From a virus (lineage: Duplodnaviria; Heunggongvirae; Uroviricota; Caudoviricetes), in IMG/VR virus record IMGVR_UViG_2519899564_000019: DNA of 39,895 bases; one strand, written 5' to 3'. How positions within the stretch are numbered: the first letter of the stretch is position 1; every line of letters begins with the position of its first letter. A program made the translations under genes and the position numbers. Shown in pieces: positions 1-8,865 of this stretch. The notes beneath the pieces are model-generated. The model was not told the DNA's origin and ran no database searches. It saw only the letters and a program-made list of their open reading frames with translations.

Positions 1-519
1 TTACGCTTTGGCTTCTTTATGGGTTAAATTGAAATGATGATCCTTGGTTTCATCTCCCTCGAAAATCTCTCTAACCTTTTGATCTGATAAATTATTAAGG
101 CTCAATGCTGCCAGGCGTCGAATACCTGTTAAAGCGATCAACTCTTGATTCTCTTGATTGCAGAATTCCAGCAATTTTTCTACCCCTTTCCTTCTCAAGG
201 TGTAAATAACTAATTCTTGCTCTTCTTGGCTCAAAGTGTCGATGAGTTCGAGCAACTCGCTATTGCCACCGTTCTTTTGAGGGGGCTGGTGTTTTATTTC
301 TGCACTACCTGTAATGATGGAAACAACATGTGCAGGTAAGTCGCTTAAACGGTAGGCAAATGCTCTCCCTCTGATACCAGGTGTAGTTACCGAACGTTTT
401 TCCCATCCTTCATTTTTTGCTCGTTTATGAAGCCCAGCCAGAGATGAAGGAAGACCTCCAACCCCCAACAAGTCACTGGCAAGGATCCATTCTTGGTCAA
501 GGATCATATCAAACTCCAT
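1..519 (-). CDS. c: Mu-type lysogeny repressor
   Basis: 172-aa minus-strand ORF divergent from ner-A-B; its N-terminus (LPSSLAGLHKRAKNEGWEKR) is visibly shared with the transposase N-terminus (LPSSLAGLHKKAKREAWKTR), as in Mu repressor and MuA; stop codon at positions 1-3. Confidence 0.75.
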   Translation of the reverse strand: MEFDMILDQEWILASDLLGVGGLPSSLAGLHKRAKNEGWEKRSVTTPGIRGRAFAYRLSDLPAHVVSIITGSAEIKHQPPQKNGGNSELLELIDTLSQEEQELVIYTLRRKGVEKLLEFCNQENQELIALTGIRRLAALSLNNLSDQKVREIFEGDETKDHHFNLTHKEAKA

Positions 520-736
520 TTGATATTAACTTTTGTTTATATCTTTTATGTGGTTTATTTCAAAAATAACTCAATAAAAAACAAATAGATACAGAGCAAA
601 TTTAAAAATTTGAAATTAACCAGTTGATATTTACTAAGTTAATATCTAACATATCAAACATACACTAGTGAGTAACTCAATAGAGTAGCACACATGAGTA
701 ATAAAGTTTGCCATAGAAAGTACACAGGGGGCCATT
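520..736. promoter_or_regulatory. AT-rich divergent operator / early-promoter region between repressor and ner
   Basis: 217-bp AT-rich non-coding gap between divergent c and ner; contains TTGATAT / ATATCAA inverted motifs around 624-658. Assignment by position and analogy to Mu O1-O3/Pe/Pc; individual sites not resolved. Confidence 0.5.
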
Positions 737-982
737 GTGAGTCTTATTGAAGATTGGTCTTCCGCCGATATAAAGGCAGCCTTAGAAAAACGCGATACCA
801 ATTTGTCACGTTTATCAAGGGAAAATAATTTGCAGCCTAGGACTTTGGGTAATGCTTTGCGAGTTCCCTACCCTAAAGGTGAAAAGATAATTGCTAGGGC
901 TATAGGTGTAGAGCCACAGGTTATTTGGCCTACTAGATATGAACGACGTGCGCGGAGGAAATATGTGGGTTGCAATGACTGA
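737..982 (+). CDS. ner: Ner-like DNA-binding early regulator
   Basis: 81-aa protein with the Ner/Nlp pattern (DW..ADI.AAL.KR...LSRLSR, PKGE.IIA.A, P.VIWP.RY), immediately upstream of the transposase. Confidence 0.8.
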   Translation: MSLIEDWSSADIKAALEKRDTNLSRLSRENNLQPRTLGNALRVPYPKGEKIIARAIGVEPQVIWPTRYERRARRKYVGCND

Positions 983-3047
983 ATTGATTTCATTCAGTGA
1001 CCTACCTAGTTCTTTGGCAGGTCTGCACAAAAAAGCAAAGAGGGAAGCGTGGAAAACGCGGCTAAAACCAGGGGTAAAAGGGAAAGTTTTAGAGTGTGAA
1101 ATAGGAGCTTTGCCTTTAACTGTTCAGCAGGCAGTACGCGAACGCTATGCCCTGCAACTGATGACGCAAAAAGCCGATGAATCACCGGCTCCGGTAGTGA
1201 CAAAGGCCAGGCGCTCACCTGCCGTGGTTGATGCGGTGGAGGCATATCGCGGATCACCACAACTGATGGTCGAACGCCTTAATGCCCTGACTGAAAACCA
1301 GCGCCAGGTGGCTGATGCACGAATCGCGATCGTCAGCGAAGTTCTGAAAGTCGCGCAACAACCTGGTTTCAGCTGTGCGAAGGCTATCCGGTTTATCGTT
1401 GACAACCTGGCACGTTCGCAGCTGGACGAGCGCATTGTGGCAATGGTTGAGACGGCGAACGCCAAAAAGGGAAACAGCCGCGCGTTAAGTGAAATCACGC
1501 TGAAACGCTGGATTGCGGCCTTTAACAAGGCGCAGAACGCCGCTGAACGCCTGCTTTTACTGGCACCGGGTAAGCGCCAGGAAATAAAAGCCGAAGATAT
1601 TAACTGGCTGCCCGAATTTCTGGCGCAGTATCGCCAGTCAAACGGCCGACCAATGACCGAGGCTTACGAGGATTTTGTCGCTGAATGGCAGCACCGGCAC
1701 GCTGATGAGCCTTATATGCTCGATATCATGCCGTCTTATGACACCATTCGCCGCGCAATGAAGAAACTGCCGGAAGTGGTGAAACAAAAAGGCCGGGTGA
1801 CCGGCAGTGAATACCGCCAGCTTGAGGGATTCACGCGCCGCGACTGGTCAAAAATGCCGGTGAATTATGTCTGGATTGGTGACGGTCACGGCATGAAGCT
1901 GAAATGCGCACACCCGGTTCACGGTCGGCCATTTGCACCGGAAGTGACCTTTGTTATCGACGGTGGCACGCGCTTTGTGGTGGGCTGGAGCCTTGACCTG
2001 GCTGAAAATGTTTTCGCCGTAGCCGGTGCCATACAGCACGGCATTCGCCATCACGGCAAACCGTTTCTGTATTACTCGGATAACGGCTCCGGGGAAACCG
2101 CCGACATCCTGGATAAGGAGGTTGTGGGGATACTGCCGCGACTGGGGATTAATCACCCGACCGGGATTGCCGGTAATCCGCAGGGACGAGGCATTATCGA
2201 ACGGCTTAACCGCACATTACCGATGCGCATAGCCCGTAAATACCGCACCTATTTCGGGAAAGGTGCAGATCGCGAGACGTTACGCAAAACCAACCGCGAT
2301 TTACGCTCGGCATTTACTGCCCTGCAACAGGGCAAACGGCTGAACGCCCGGCAGCAGTCAGCGATGCGTGATTTACCGTCCTGGTCTGAACTGATTGATG
2401 CCATTCGTGATGGTGTTGAGTGGTACAACAACCGGCCGCACGATGAATTACCGGTGAAGCCGAACGGCAAGCATTACAGCCCGGCGGAGTTCAGAAAAAA
2501 ACGCCTGGCGGAAGAGGACACGGAAATTGAATGGCTGTCCGATGTGGAATTGCGGGACATGTTCCGGCCGATGGTGGAACGCCCTGTAAGACGCTGTGAA
2601 ATACGCTGGCTGAATAATATTTACTACGCGCCCGAGCTGCGTGATGAGCATGGCCGCAAGGTGCTTATCAGCTATGACATTCATGATGCCGAACGAATTA
2701 CCGTACGTCGCCTGGATGGCAGCGTGATTTGCGAGGCGGTATGGGACGGTAATAAACGCGAAGCCTTCCCGGTTAGCGCGGAATACTACAAACAGCAGCA
2801 ACGCCTTAAAGGCATGCGTAAACGCGCAGAGGAAAAAATCCGTGATGCCGAGGATGAGGTTGTCAACGTGCTGGAGCACAAGCCGCAGGAGCCCTGGCTG
2901 GAAAACATCTATCGCCCGGTAGGTAATACGGTGGCCGTTCAGCAACCTGCCGTTGATGATGAGCCTGATGAAGAATACGAGCGCAATTTCCAGCGGGGAT
3001 TGCAGTTGCTCGAAGCGAAATTAAAAGAAAATGACCCGCTGGCCTGA
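963..3047 (+). CDS. A: Mu-type DDE transposase A
   Basis: 702-aa frame; N-terminal DNA-binding domain shared with the repressor; central DDE-like core (VWIGDGHG, YSDNGSGE, NPQGRGIIER). Start chosen at ATG 963 (GGAGG at 953-957); the track ORF starts at 939 and ATG 975 is an alternative. Confidence 0.9.
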   Translation: MWVAMTELISFSDLPSSLAGLHKKAKREAWKTRLKPGVKGKVLECEIGALPLTVQQAVRERYALQLMTQKADESPAPVVTKARRSPAVVDAVEAYRGSPQLMVERLNALTENQRQVADARIAIVSEVLKVAQQPGFSCAKAIRFIVDNLARSQLDERIVAMVETANAKKGNSRALSEITLKRWIAAFNKAQNAAERLLLLAPGKRQEIKAEDINWLPEFLAQYRQSNGRPMTEAYEDFVAEWQHRHADEPYMLDIMPSYDTIRRAMKKLPEVVKQKGRVTGSEYRQLEGFTRRDWSKMPVNYVWIGDGHGMKLKCAHPVHGRPFAPEVTFVIDGGTRFVVGWSLDLAENVFAVAGAIQHGIRHHGKPFLYYSDNGSGETADILDKEVVGILPRLGINHPTGIAGNPQGRGIIERLNRTLPMRIARKYRTYFGKGADRETLRKTNRDLRSAFTALQQGKRLNARQQSAMRDLPSWSELIDAIRDGVEWYNNRPHDELPVKPNGKHYSPAEFRKKRLAEEDTEIEWLSDVELRDMFRPMVERPVRRCEIRWLNNIYYAPELRDEHGRKVLISYDIHDAERITVRRLDGSVICEAVWDGNKREAFPVSAEYYKQQQRLKGMRKRAEEKIRDAEDEVVNVLEHKPQEPWLENIYRPVGNTVAVQQPAVDDEPDEEYERNFQRGLQLLEAKLKENDPLA

Positions 3048-3117
3048 AATAAAAAATAACCCGAGCGGCGACTCAGGTTATTTGATTAAACAAGGTATCA
3101 AATGAGAGGTTAATAAT

Positions 3118-4050
3118 ATGACTGATATTAACGATGTAATCAAGACCATTGATGAACTTATTGATGGCGGCGTACTGACGCAGTATGCCATCGCCAGAGA
3201 GGCGGGAATTTCCGACGGCACATTATCGGCTTTCCGCAAGGGGAAATATAAAGGCGATAACGCCGCTGTGGCTGCTTCCCTGCGTTCCTGGTATGAGAAC
3301 TGGAATAAACAAAGCGCACTGCCGGAACCGCCGCAGTTTGTGGAAACGCAGACAGTTCAGGAGCTGCGCGCACTGTTTCAGGCGGTTCGCCTGATGGGCT
3401 GTATTAACGTCATTGTGGGCGTGCCGGGGGTAGGTAAAACGGCCACCGCCCGTAATTACTGCCAGGAGCAACCAAACACCTGGATGATCACCCTGTCACC
3501 CGCGCACTCCAGCGTCACGGAGTGTCTGCTGGAGCTGGCCGATGCGCTGGGGATTGATTACACCCGCGCGAACAAAGGGGCATTATCCCGCGCCATCCGC
3601 CGTCGCCTGATGGGAACGCGTGGACTGGTGATTGTGGATGAGGCGGATCATCTTGGTATTGACGGTCTGGAGCAACTCCGGGCAATTCAGGACGCCACGG
3701 GGATCGGGATGGTGCTTATTGGTAACCCGCGCGGATTGTTTAAAGGTGGACGCCGCGCCTTTGATGATTTATCGCGCCTGTTCAGCCGTCTTGCCCGTAC
3801 AAAACAACTTCGCAAGGCCAAAAAGGCGGATGTGCTGGCCATTGCCAGGGCATGGGGTATCAGTGGTGAGGCCGAGCTGGCCGTCATGCAGGCTATCGCT
3901 GAAAAGCCGGGAGCGTTACGCGTTCTGACACATACGCTTAACCAGGCGTGGCTCACCGCCAGCGGTGAAGGTGCGGCGCTGACAGAAAAACATATTAATG
4001 CGGCCTTTAAAGAGGTTTATACCAACCCTGAATTACTCTCACAGGTGTGA
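3118..4050 (+). CDS. B: MuB-like transposition ATPase / target DNA activator
   Basis: 310 aa directly after A; Walker A GVPGVGKT and Walker B-like VIVDEADHL. Confidence 0.85.
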   Translation: MTDINDVIKTIDELIDGGVLTQYAIAREAGISDGTLSAFRKGKYKGDNAAVAASLRSWYENWNKQSALPEPPQFVETQTVQELRALFQAVRLMGCINVIVGVPGVGKTATARNYCQEQPNTWMITLSPAHSSVTECLLELADALGIDYTRANKGALSRAIRRRLMGTRGLVIVDEADHLGIDGLEQLRAIQDATGIGMVLIGNPRGLFKGGRRAFDDLSRLFSRLARTKQLRKAKKADVLAIARAWGISGEAELAVMQAIAEKPGALRVLTHTLNQAWLTASGEGAALTEKHINAAFKEVYTNPELLSQV

Positions 4051-4052
4051 TT

Positions 4053-4274
4053 ATGGCGGTATTTTATATTCCTGATATTTACGGACGCTTTTACCTGGTT
4101 AATTTCGATAACGTGAAGGTGATTTCACTGGCCGAAAATAAAGAATGTGGCGATTTACTTTTTGAATTTAATGACCGCACACGAATGGTGATATCTGCCG
4201 GACTTGATCGCGAAGGTGCGACAGAAGTTTACAGCGGAATATGCCGTTCTGTTGGTGCGAAACAAGTCAGCTAA
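4053..4274 (+). CDS. hypothetical early protein (74 aa) at the position occupied by kil in Mu
   Basis: ORF starting right after B stop; no recognisable motif; position only. Confidence 0.35.
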   Translation: MAVFYIPDIYGRFYLVNFDNVKVISLAENKECGDLLFEFNDRTRMVISAGLDREGATEVYSGICRSVGAKQVS

Positions 4275-4286
4275 ATGAGGTGTTAT

Positions 4287-4541
4287 ATGAATATGCAATC
4301 CTGCGGTAACAAAATGAATTTATTCGACTCCCTGAACAGCGCGCGCCGTCTGACCGAACTTGCCGGTGCGGTACTGGAACGCAGTAAGCGCTACCCACAA
4401 CGTTTTGCACTGAAAACCACGCCGCCGGTAGGCAACGTGCAGGGAACCGGTGAAATTGAAATCACCATACAGACCAACGGCCTGCGCCGCCGTGTGAAGG
4501 CCACCCGCATCAGCGGCTGCACGGTTTACTGGGAGGTGTGA
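4287..4541 (+). CDS. hypothetical early protein
   Basis: Track ORF 4275-4541; GAGG at 4278-4281 favours ATG 4287 or 4293 as start. No motif recognised. Confidence 0.4.
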   Translation: MNMQSCGNKMNLFDSLNSARRLTELAGAVLERSKRYPQRFALKTTPPVGNVQGTGEIEITIQTNGLRRRVKATRISGCTVYWEV

Positions 4542-4542
4542 G

Positions 4543-4824
4543 GTGAAAAAAAATCTCATTGCATGGGCGTGGTCGAGTGGTCTTATTGAGTTTGGTTACG
4601 TCCTGCCGGAAGGTGCATTGCCGATAGTTGCCGGAAAGCCTGCCACGGTACGGCATGTGATTGAGGTTATGGCGCGTCATGGACGTGATGAACAGGAGCA
4701 GTTACTGGTTCCGGGGATACCGGAAGCGGTGACGGAGGAAGAAGCCTTTAATGCCATGATTCGGTTCTGCCGTGAGGTCAGACGCCGGGTCAGTTATCCA
4801 AACAGAACGAGGACCAGAGGGTGA
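4543..4824 (+). CDS. hypothetical early protein (93 aa)
   Basis: Tightly packed ORF with GTG start overlapping the upstream stop; no motif recognised. Confidence 0.4.
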   Translation: MKKNLIAWAWSSGLIEFGYVLPEGALPIVAGKPATVRHVIEVMARHGRDEQEQLLVPGIPEAVTEEEAFNAMIRFCREVRRRVSYPNRTRTRG

Positions 4825-5093
4825 GTAAAGTCGTACGCATTATTTTCGAATACAAGGAGCACGTTATCCATAAAAACGCTGATGGAACAGTGCGCATGGG
4901 GGTAAGTCTGGACATACGTTCAACCGGGATAAAGCAGAAAGGTGATGGACCCGCCATGATTTTTGGGGTGGTTATGCTCGCGGAAAGCAGAGACTTTGCT
5001 GAACTTGTGGCAATGAAAGCCAGTGCGCTCATGAAAGATATGAGCATGCGTTCCGGGGTTATTAAAGGTAATGAATTTAATCAGCAGGGGTAA
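4821..5093 (+). CDS. hypothetical early protein, paralogue 1 (MSKVVRIIFEYKEH...)
   Basis: 90-aa ORF whose first ~15 residues closely match the next gene. Confidence 0.45.
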   Translation: MSKVVRIIFEYKEHVIHKNADGTVRMGVSLDIRSTGIKQKGDGPAMIFGVVMLAESRDFAELVAMKASALMKDMSMRSGVIKGNEFNQQG

Positions 5094-5097
5094 TTCC

Positions 5098-5391
5098 ATG
5101 AGCAAAGTACGCGTTATTTTTGAATTTAAGCATGTTTCGCATGACGAAAAACCGGCAGGCAATGACTGTGTTGAAGTGCATGAAAAGATTGGTGTGGATG
5201 TAAAAACAGAACGTGATACGAATAACAGGCCGACGTCACTCTGTGACGTTTATGCAAGTATTCTCCAGTATCACAGCCCTGAAATTATTCAGTTTCTCTC
5301 AGCGGAATTTCAGGCATCTGTACAGGCTTTTGGGGCGGATGCCATCATTAAACGCCACCGCGTGCATAAAGCATCAGGCACACTGCAATAA
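5098..5391 (+). CDS. hypothetical early protein, paralogue 2 (MSKVRVIFEFKHV...)
   Basis: Internal ATG at 5098 of track ORF 5071-5391 gives an N-terminus parallel to the upstream gene. Confidence 0.45.
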   Translation: MSKVRVIFEFKHVSHDEKPAGNDCVEVHEKIGVDVKTERDTNNRPTSLCDVYASILQYHSPEIIQFLSAEFQASVQAFGADAIIKRHRVHKASGTLQ

Positions 5392-5402
5392 GGAAAAACA
5401 AA

Positions 5403-5933
5403 ATGGCAAAACGCGTTACAAAATTAAAGGCCGCAGCAGAGGCGGCACCGCAGACCCGTGAAGAGGTCAGCAGCGATATCCGCACCCTGGGCGATATTCA
5501 GCGAGAGGCGCTGCGCCTGGAAACAGCGATGAATGATGAAGTGGCAGAAATCACCGCCCGTTATACGCCGCAGATTGAAAACCTTAAAAAAGAAATCAAA
5601 GTGCTTTTTAAGGGGATTCAGGACTGGTGCAAAACCAACCGTGATGAGCTGACGAACGGCGGCAAAACCAAAACTGCCAATCTGACCACCGGAACGGTGT
5701 CATGGCGACTGGGGAATCCATCATGCAGCGTCAGTCGTGATGTGGAAGGTGTGATTGAAATGCTGCGCCGTATGGGCCTTGAGCGTTTTATCCGCACGAA
5801 AGAGGAAGTGAACAAGGAAGCGGTCCTGGCGGAGCCGGATGCGGTGAAAGGGATTGCCGGTATTAAGGTGAATAAAGGCGCTGAAAGTTTTTATGTCGAG
5901 CCTTTTGAACAGGACGCCGGACTGAATAAATAA
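5403..5933 (+). CDS. gam: Gam-like host-nuclease inhibitor (DNA end-binding)
   Basis: 176 aa; matches Mu Gam as recalled (TNRDELTNGGKTKTANLTTGTVSWR, RFIRTKEEVNKEA, PFEQ near the C-terminus); expected position in the early region. Confidence 0.8.
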   Translation: MAKRVTKLKAAAEAAPQTREEVSSDIRTLGDIQREALRLETAMNDEVAEITARYTPQIENLKKEIKVLFKGIQDWCKTNRDELTNGGKTKTANLTTGTVSWRLGNPSCSVSRDVEGVIEMLRRMGLERFIRTKEEVNKEAVLAEPDAVKGIAGIKVNKGAESFYVEPFEQDAGLNK

Positions 5934-6030
5934 CACCGCATTAATCAATTAAATATCACTTCGTTTTAATTATGGCGCTCGCGTCAGGGGACTGCCTGCG
6001 CCTGTAAACTGAAAATAAGGAACAGGATAT

Positions 6031-7110
6031 ATGGCATATTTTTATTTCAAATTAGACCGTGTGCAGACAAATAAATATTTCACCAAATATCAACAGACTG
6101 TTTTACCGCTACGCAACAGTATTCTTCGGGCATTACTGAAAAATACAGGCGCTGCCGGATTGCGCTTAAAGCCGTTTGCCATGGACGTAATCAGTGAGTT
6201 TTATTTTTCTGGTGCTCTGCCTGCGGGCTGGCGTAAGCGCGATGATGTGGCTTTTATCGGGGACGGACCGTGCTTTATTGCCAGACCTGATGAGTCATGC
6301 CCTGAAGGTCCGGCGATTGCCGCAATGATTGAAACCGCTGAACGTGAGTTAAGAAAGCGTCCTGATTTCCTTGTCTGGCTCTGTGAAAAGCTGGGGGTAA
6401 TGAGAATCCCCTCCATGTTTAACACGGACTCCTGGTGGACCCCGTCGCTCTCCCGTGATGCCCTGTGCGTGGTGTTTAAAGTAGGCGCTTATGGCAGGGA
6501 AATAAAAGGGTGTATTCCTGAAGAATGCCAGGAAATTAAACATTCTGAATATGTGGCGCTGACGGAGGAATACTTCATGATTGATGCAAAAGTGCTTGAA
6601 GGGGTTAAAAACTGGCTGAGTATTTACGGGCGTCTGACCTGCGGCATTCTGGCTGAAAAAATGAATATGCCGCCATCCTCGATGGTTTATTTTCTGCGTG
6701 ATGCGGTCGATGCCGGGGTGCTGACGGAATGTAACGGTTTTTATGATATTCCGCGTCCCCGCCCGGTGCAGCCGGTTCGTCGCAAATGCAGCCAGGAAGG
6801 TGCGGCTGATGATGTTCAGTGGTGCAGCTTCAGAAAATCCCTGCCGTGGATTGAGGGGCATGATATTCCGTCGATGGCGTGGGAATTTGCTCAGGGCGTA
6901 CTGACCTGCGAAACCGTTTATGTGGTGGCTGAAGTTGATGAGCAGGCCATGAAAGAAGGCGTGCCCCAGTTTGTGATGGCGTATATCGACATTCGCCTGG
7001 GTGTCATTATCTGCGGTTTAAGCGGCTGGAATATCACCGAACATGTTCTGCGTTACCTGATTGTTGACCGGACGGCTGCACCTGCCGGGATATCTGCGGA
7101 GGTGGCGTAA
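6031..7110 (+). CDS. hypothetical protein (359 aa), early-region cargo
   Basis: Long ORF with upstream AAGGAACAGG; no motif I can assign; first gene of a translationally coupled series. Confidence 0.5.
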   Translation: MAYFYFKLDRVQTNKYFTKYQQTVLPLRNSILRALLKNTGAAGLRLKPFAMDVISEFYFSGALPAGWRKRDDVAFIGDGPCFIARPDESCPEGPAIAAMIETAERELRKRPDFLVWLCEKLGVMRIPSMFNTDSWWTPSLSRDALCVVFKVGAYGREIKGCIPEECQEIKHSEYVALTEEYFMIDAKVLEGVKNWLSIYGRLTCGILAEKMNMPPSSMVYFLRDAVDAGVLTECNGFYDIPRPRPVQPVRRKCSQEGAADDVQWCSFRKSLPWIEGHDIPSMAWEFAQGVLTCETVYVVAEVDEQAMKEGVPQFVMAYIDIRLGVIICGLSGWNITEHVLRYLIVDRTAAPAGISAEVA

Positions 7111-7625
7111 TGTTCTTTAAAACATCAAACCCTTCCGCGCTGGCCGCGTGGCAAAAATATCAGCAGGACTGCCAGAAAGTTAAGGATGAGGCAAAACGCC
7201 TTGAGGCCGTGCTGAATGTTGCGTGCCGGTCGGTATTTGTATCCGGTATCAGTGGCTTTTGTTTTAAAGGGCTGCGCTTTATGGATGACAAATATCCTTT
7301 TCATCGCGACTTATGGCGAAAACCGACTGCGTCGAATGGCTGGAGCTGCACACCGCGCACATCACGTATTCCCAAAGCCCTGCGCGTTGCCTCTGACGAA
7401 CTTAACAGTCTGTGGCGTGAATATTCGCCCGTCACGTATGCCAGAACCGATGCACTGTTGTTCTGGCTGGGTATTGACTTCTCAGCAATATTGCATGGTC
7501 CCGTGAAGTGGTTCTGCGTTGACGATGTTATTTACCTTCAGTGCGAAGATGATTCCGCAAAACGGAAAATGACCGAAATTCTGTCTGATGAGTTTTATGC
7601 TGCCGAAAAGCGAGTCGGGGGGTGA
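7110..7625 (+). CDS. hypothetical protein (171 aa), early-region cargo
   Basis: ATG overlaps the upstream stop (TAATG); no motif recognised. Confidence 0.5.
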   Translation: MFFKTSNPSALAAWQKYQQDCQKVKDEAKRLEAVLNVACRSVFVSGISGFCFKGLRFMDDKYPFHRDLWRKPTASNGWSCTPRTSRIPKALRVASDELNSLWREYSPVTYARTDALLFWLGIDFSAILHGPVKWFCVDDVIYLQCEDDSAKRKMTEILSDEFYAAEKRVGG

Positions 7626-7628
7626 TGC

Positions 7629-8180
7629 ATGATGAAATTACAACCCATGGGGAGAAAAGGCCGTGCACCCGCTCATGTTCGCGCATGGACACCTGAAGAA
7701 GATGCGCTGCTGATTGCGCTTTATCCATCCACCCCGGTTAAGGATATTGCTGTCAGGATAAAAAGAAGTTTCTGGGGTGTACATAACCGGATTGTTTTAT
7801 TACGCGGTACTTACCCGGAGTTGCTCAAATGCAAACGCCTCAGATTTAAACCTGATGAAGATAAATTTATCCGAAAAAATGCCAGGACGATGACCGGTAA
7901 GCAAATAGGAGAATATCTGGGGCGAGACCGGGATTCTGTCCACAATCGGGCGCGATATATTGGCGTAAGCATGAAAAAATACGGAGAATTGCTGCCTTTT
8001 ACCCGCATACCTGACGATGATGTTCATCTTATTCGTGAATTACGGGATGCTGAATCACCACGACGTCTTACCTTCCGGGAAATAGGCGAGAAATTTGAAT
8101 TATCCGAGAGTACGGTGAATTTTATTTATCACCATCGCCGGACTGCCGAAGATGTTGTATTACGGGAGTTAATGCCATGA
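7629..8180 (+). CDS. hypothetical protein with three degenerate helix-turn-helix-like repeats (183 aa)
   Basis: Three internal repeats of about 45-50 aa each beginning with an acidic motif (WTPEEDALL / FKPDEDKFI / IPDDDVHLI), two of which end in HNR; resembles Myb/SANT-type tandem DNA-binding repeats by eye only. Confidence 0.45.
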   Translation: MMKLQPMGRKGRAPAHVRAWTPEEDALLIALYPSTPVKDIAVRIKRSFWGVHNRIVLLRGTYPELLKCKRLRFKPDEDKFIRKNARTMTGKQIGEYLGRDRDSVHNRARYIGVSMKKYGELLPFTRIPDDDVHLIRELRDAESPRRLTFREIGEKFELSESTVNFIYHHRRTAEDVVLRELMP

Positions 8181-8488
8181 TAACGACATTATTTGTTGAA
8201 TCAGACGAGCCTCTGGTATGTGTCGCCGGAATGTCGGTTTGTGGCGGAACGCTGACCGGTGTTTATTTCGGGGATTTGCGCGGTTATCCCTGGCATTCAC
8301 TGGATGACGCATTTCCGCCTGATATGGAGGCTGTCGTGCTGATTGTTCAGTATGGTGACCAACAGGAACTGCGCATCGGCCATATGGGGTATGAAGGCTT
8401 TTTTATTGATGAAGAAACCGGAGCCTGCCTTGAAGATGAGGACGGACAGGTGACGCACTGGTGCCATATTTCAGCTTTACCGGAATGA
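8177..8488 (+). CDS. hypothetical, strongly acidic small protein (103 aa)
   Basis: ATGA start/stop overlap with upstream gene; about 19 Asp+Glu versus 3 Arg/Lys. Confidence 0.45.
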   Translation: MITTLFVESDEPLVCVAGMSVCGGTLTGVYFGDLRGYPWHSLDDAFPPDMEAVVLIVQYGDQQELRIGHMGYEGFFIDEETGACLEDEDGQVTHWCHISALPE

Positions 8489-8853
8489 CGGGAGGTGAAT
8501 GCGTGAGAAGTTATATTGATAATGAAAAACTGAAGACAATCAGCGACTGTCTTAGCTTGCTGGCAAAAATAAAAGAAACCATTGAAGAGATTAAATTTCA
8601 GCTTGAATACGAACCCTGTGGCGATGATACATGGCGTAACTCTGCCAGAAAAGCACTAGCTGTCTTTCAGAAACAACGCCGGACTGTTGAATACCGCCTT
8701 GCTGTATTGCGCCAGGAGGAAAAGGAAAGAAATATAAGACGTCATGAACTCGTTAATGATTTTCTTGTTCGTGAATTAAAGGAGCGTGTGCCGGAGTCGG
8801 TATTTTTTGAGTGTGAGGCTGTTGCCCGTAGCAAAGCACTGGAAACTGATTAA
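8485..8853 (+). CDS. hypothetical early protein
   Basis: Track ORF 8461-8853; ATG 8485 overlaps the upstream TGA (ATGA), or GTG 8503 follows GGAGG at 8491-8495. Charged, helical-looking sequence. Confidence 0.4.
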   Translation: MTGGECVRSYIDNEKLKTISDCLSLLAKIKETIEEIKFQLEYEPCGDDTWRNSARKALAVFQKQRRTVEYRLAVLRQEEKERNIRRHELVNDFLVRELKERVPESVFFECEAVARSKALETD

Positions 8854-8865
8854 ACAGGCAGGTGA

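Noticed and set aside
4047-4274. Assigning the post-B ORF as kil
   Set aside because: Only position and length (74 aa) match; I cannot recall the Kil sequence well enough to support a homology claim, so it is left as hypothetical.
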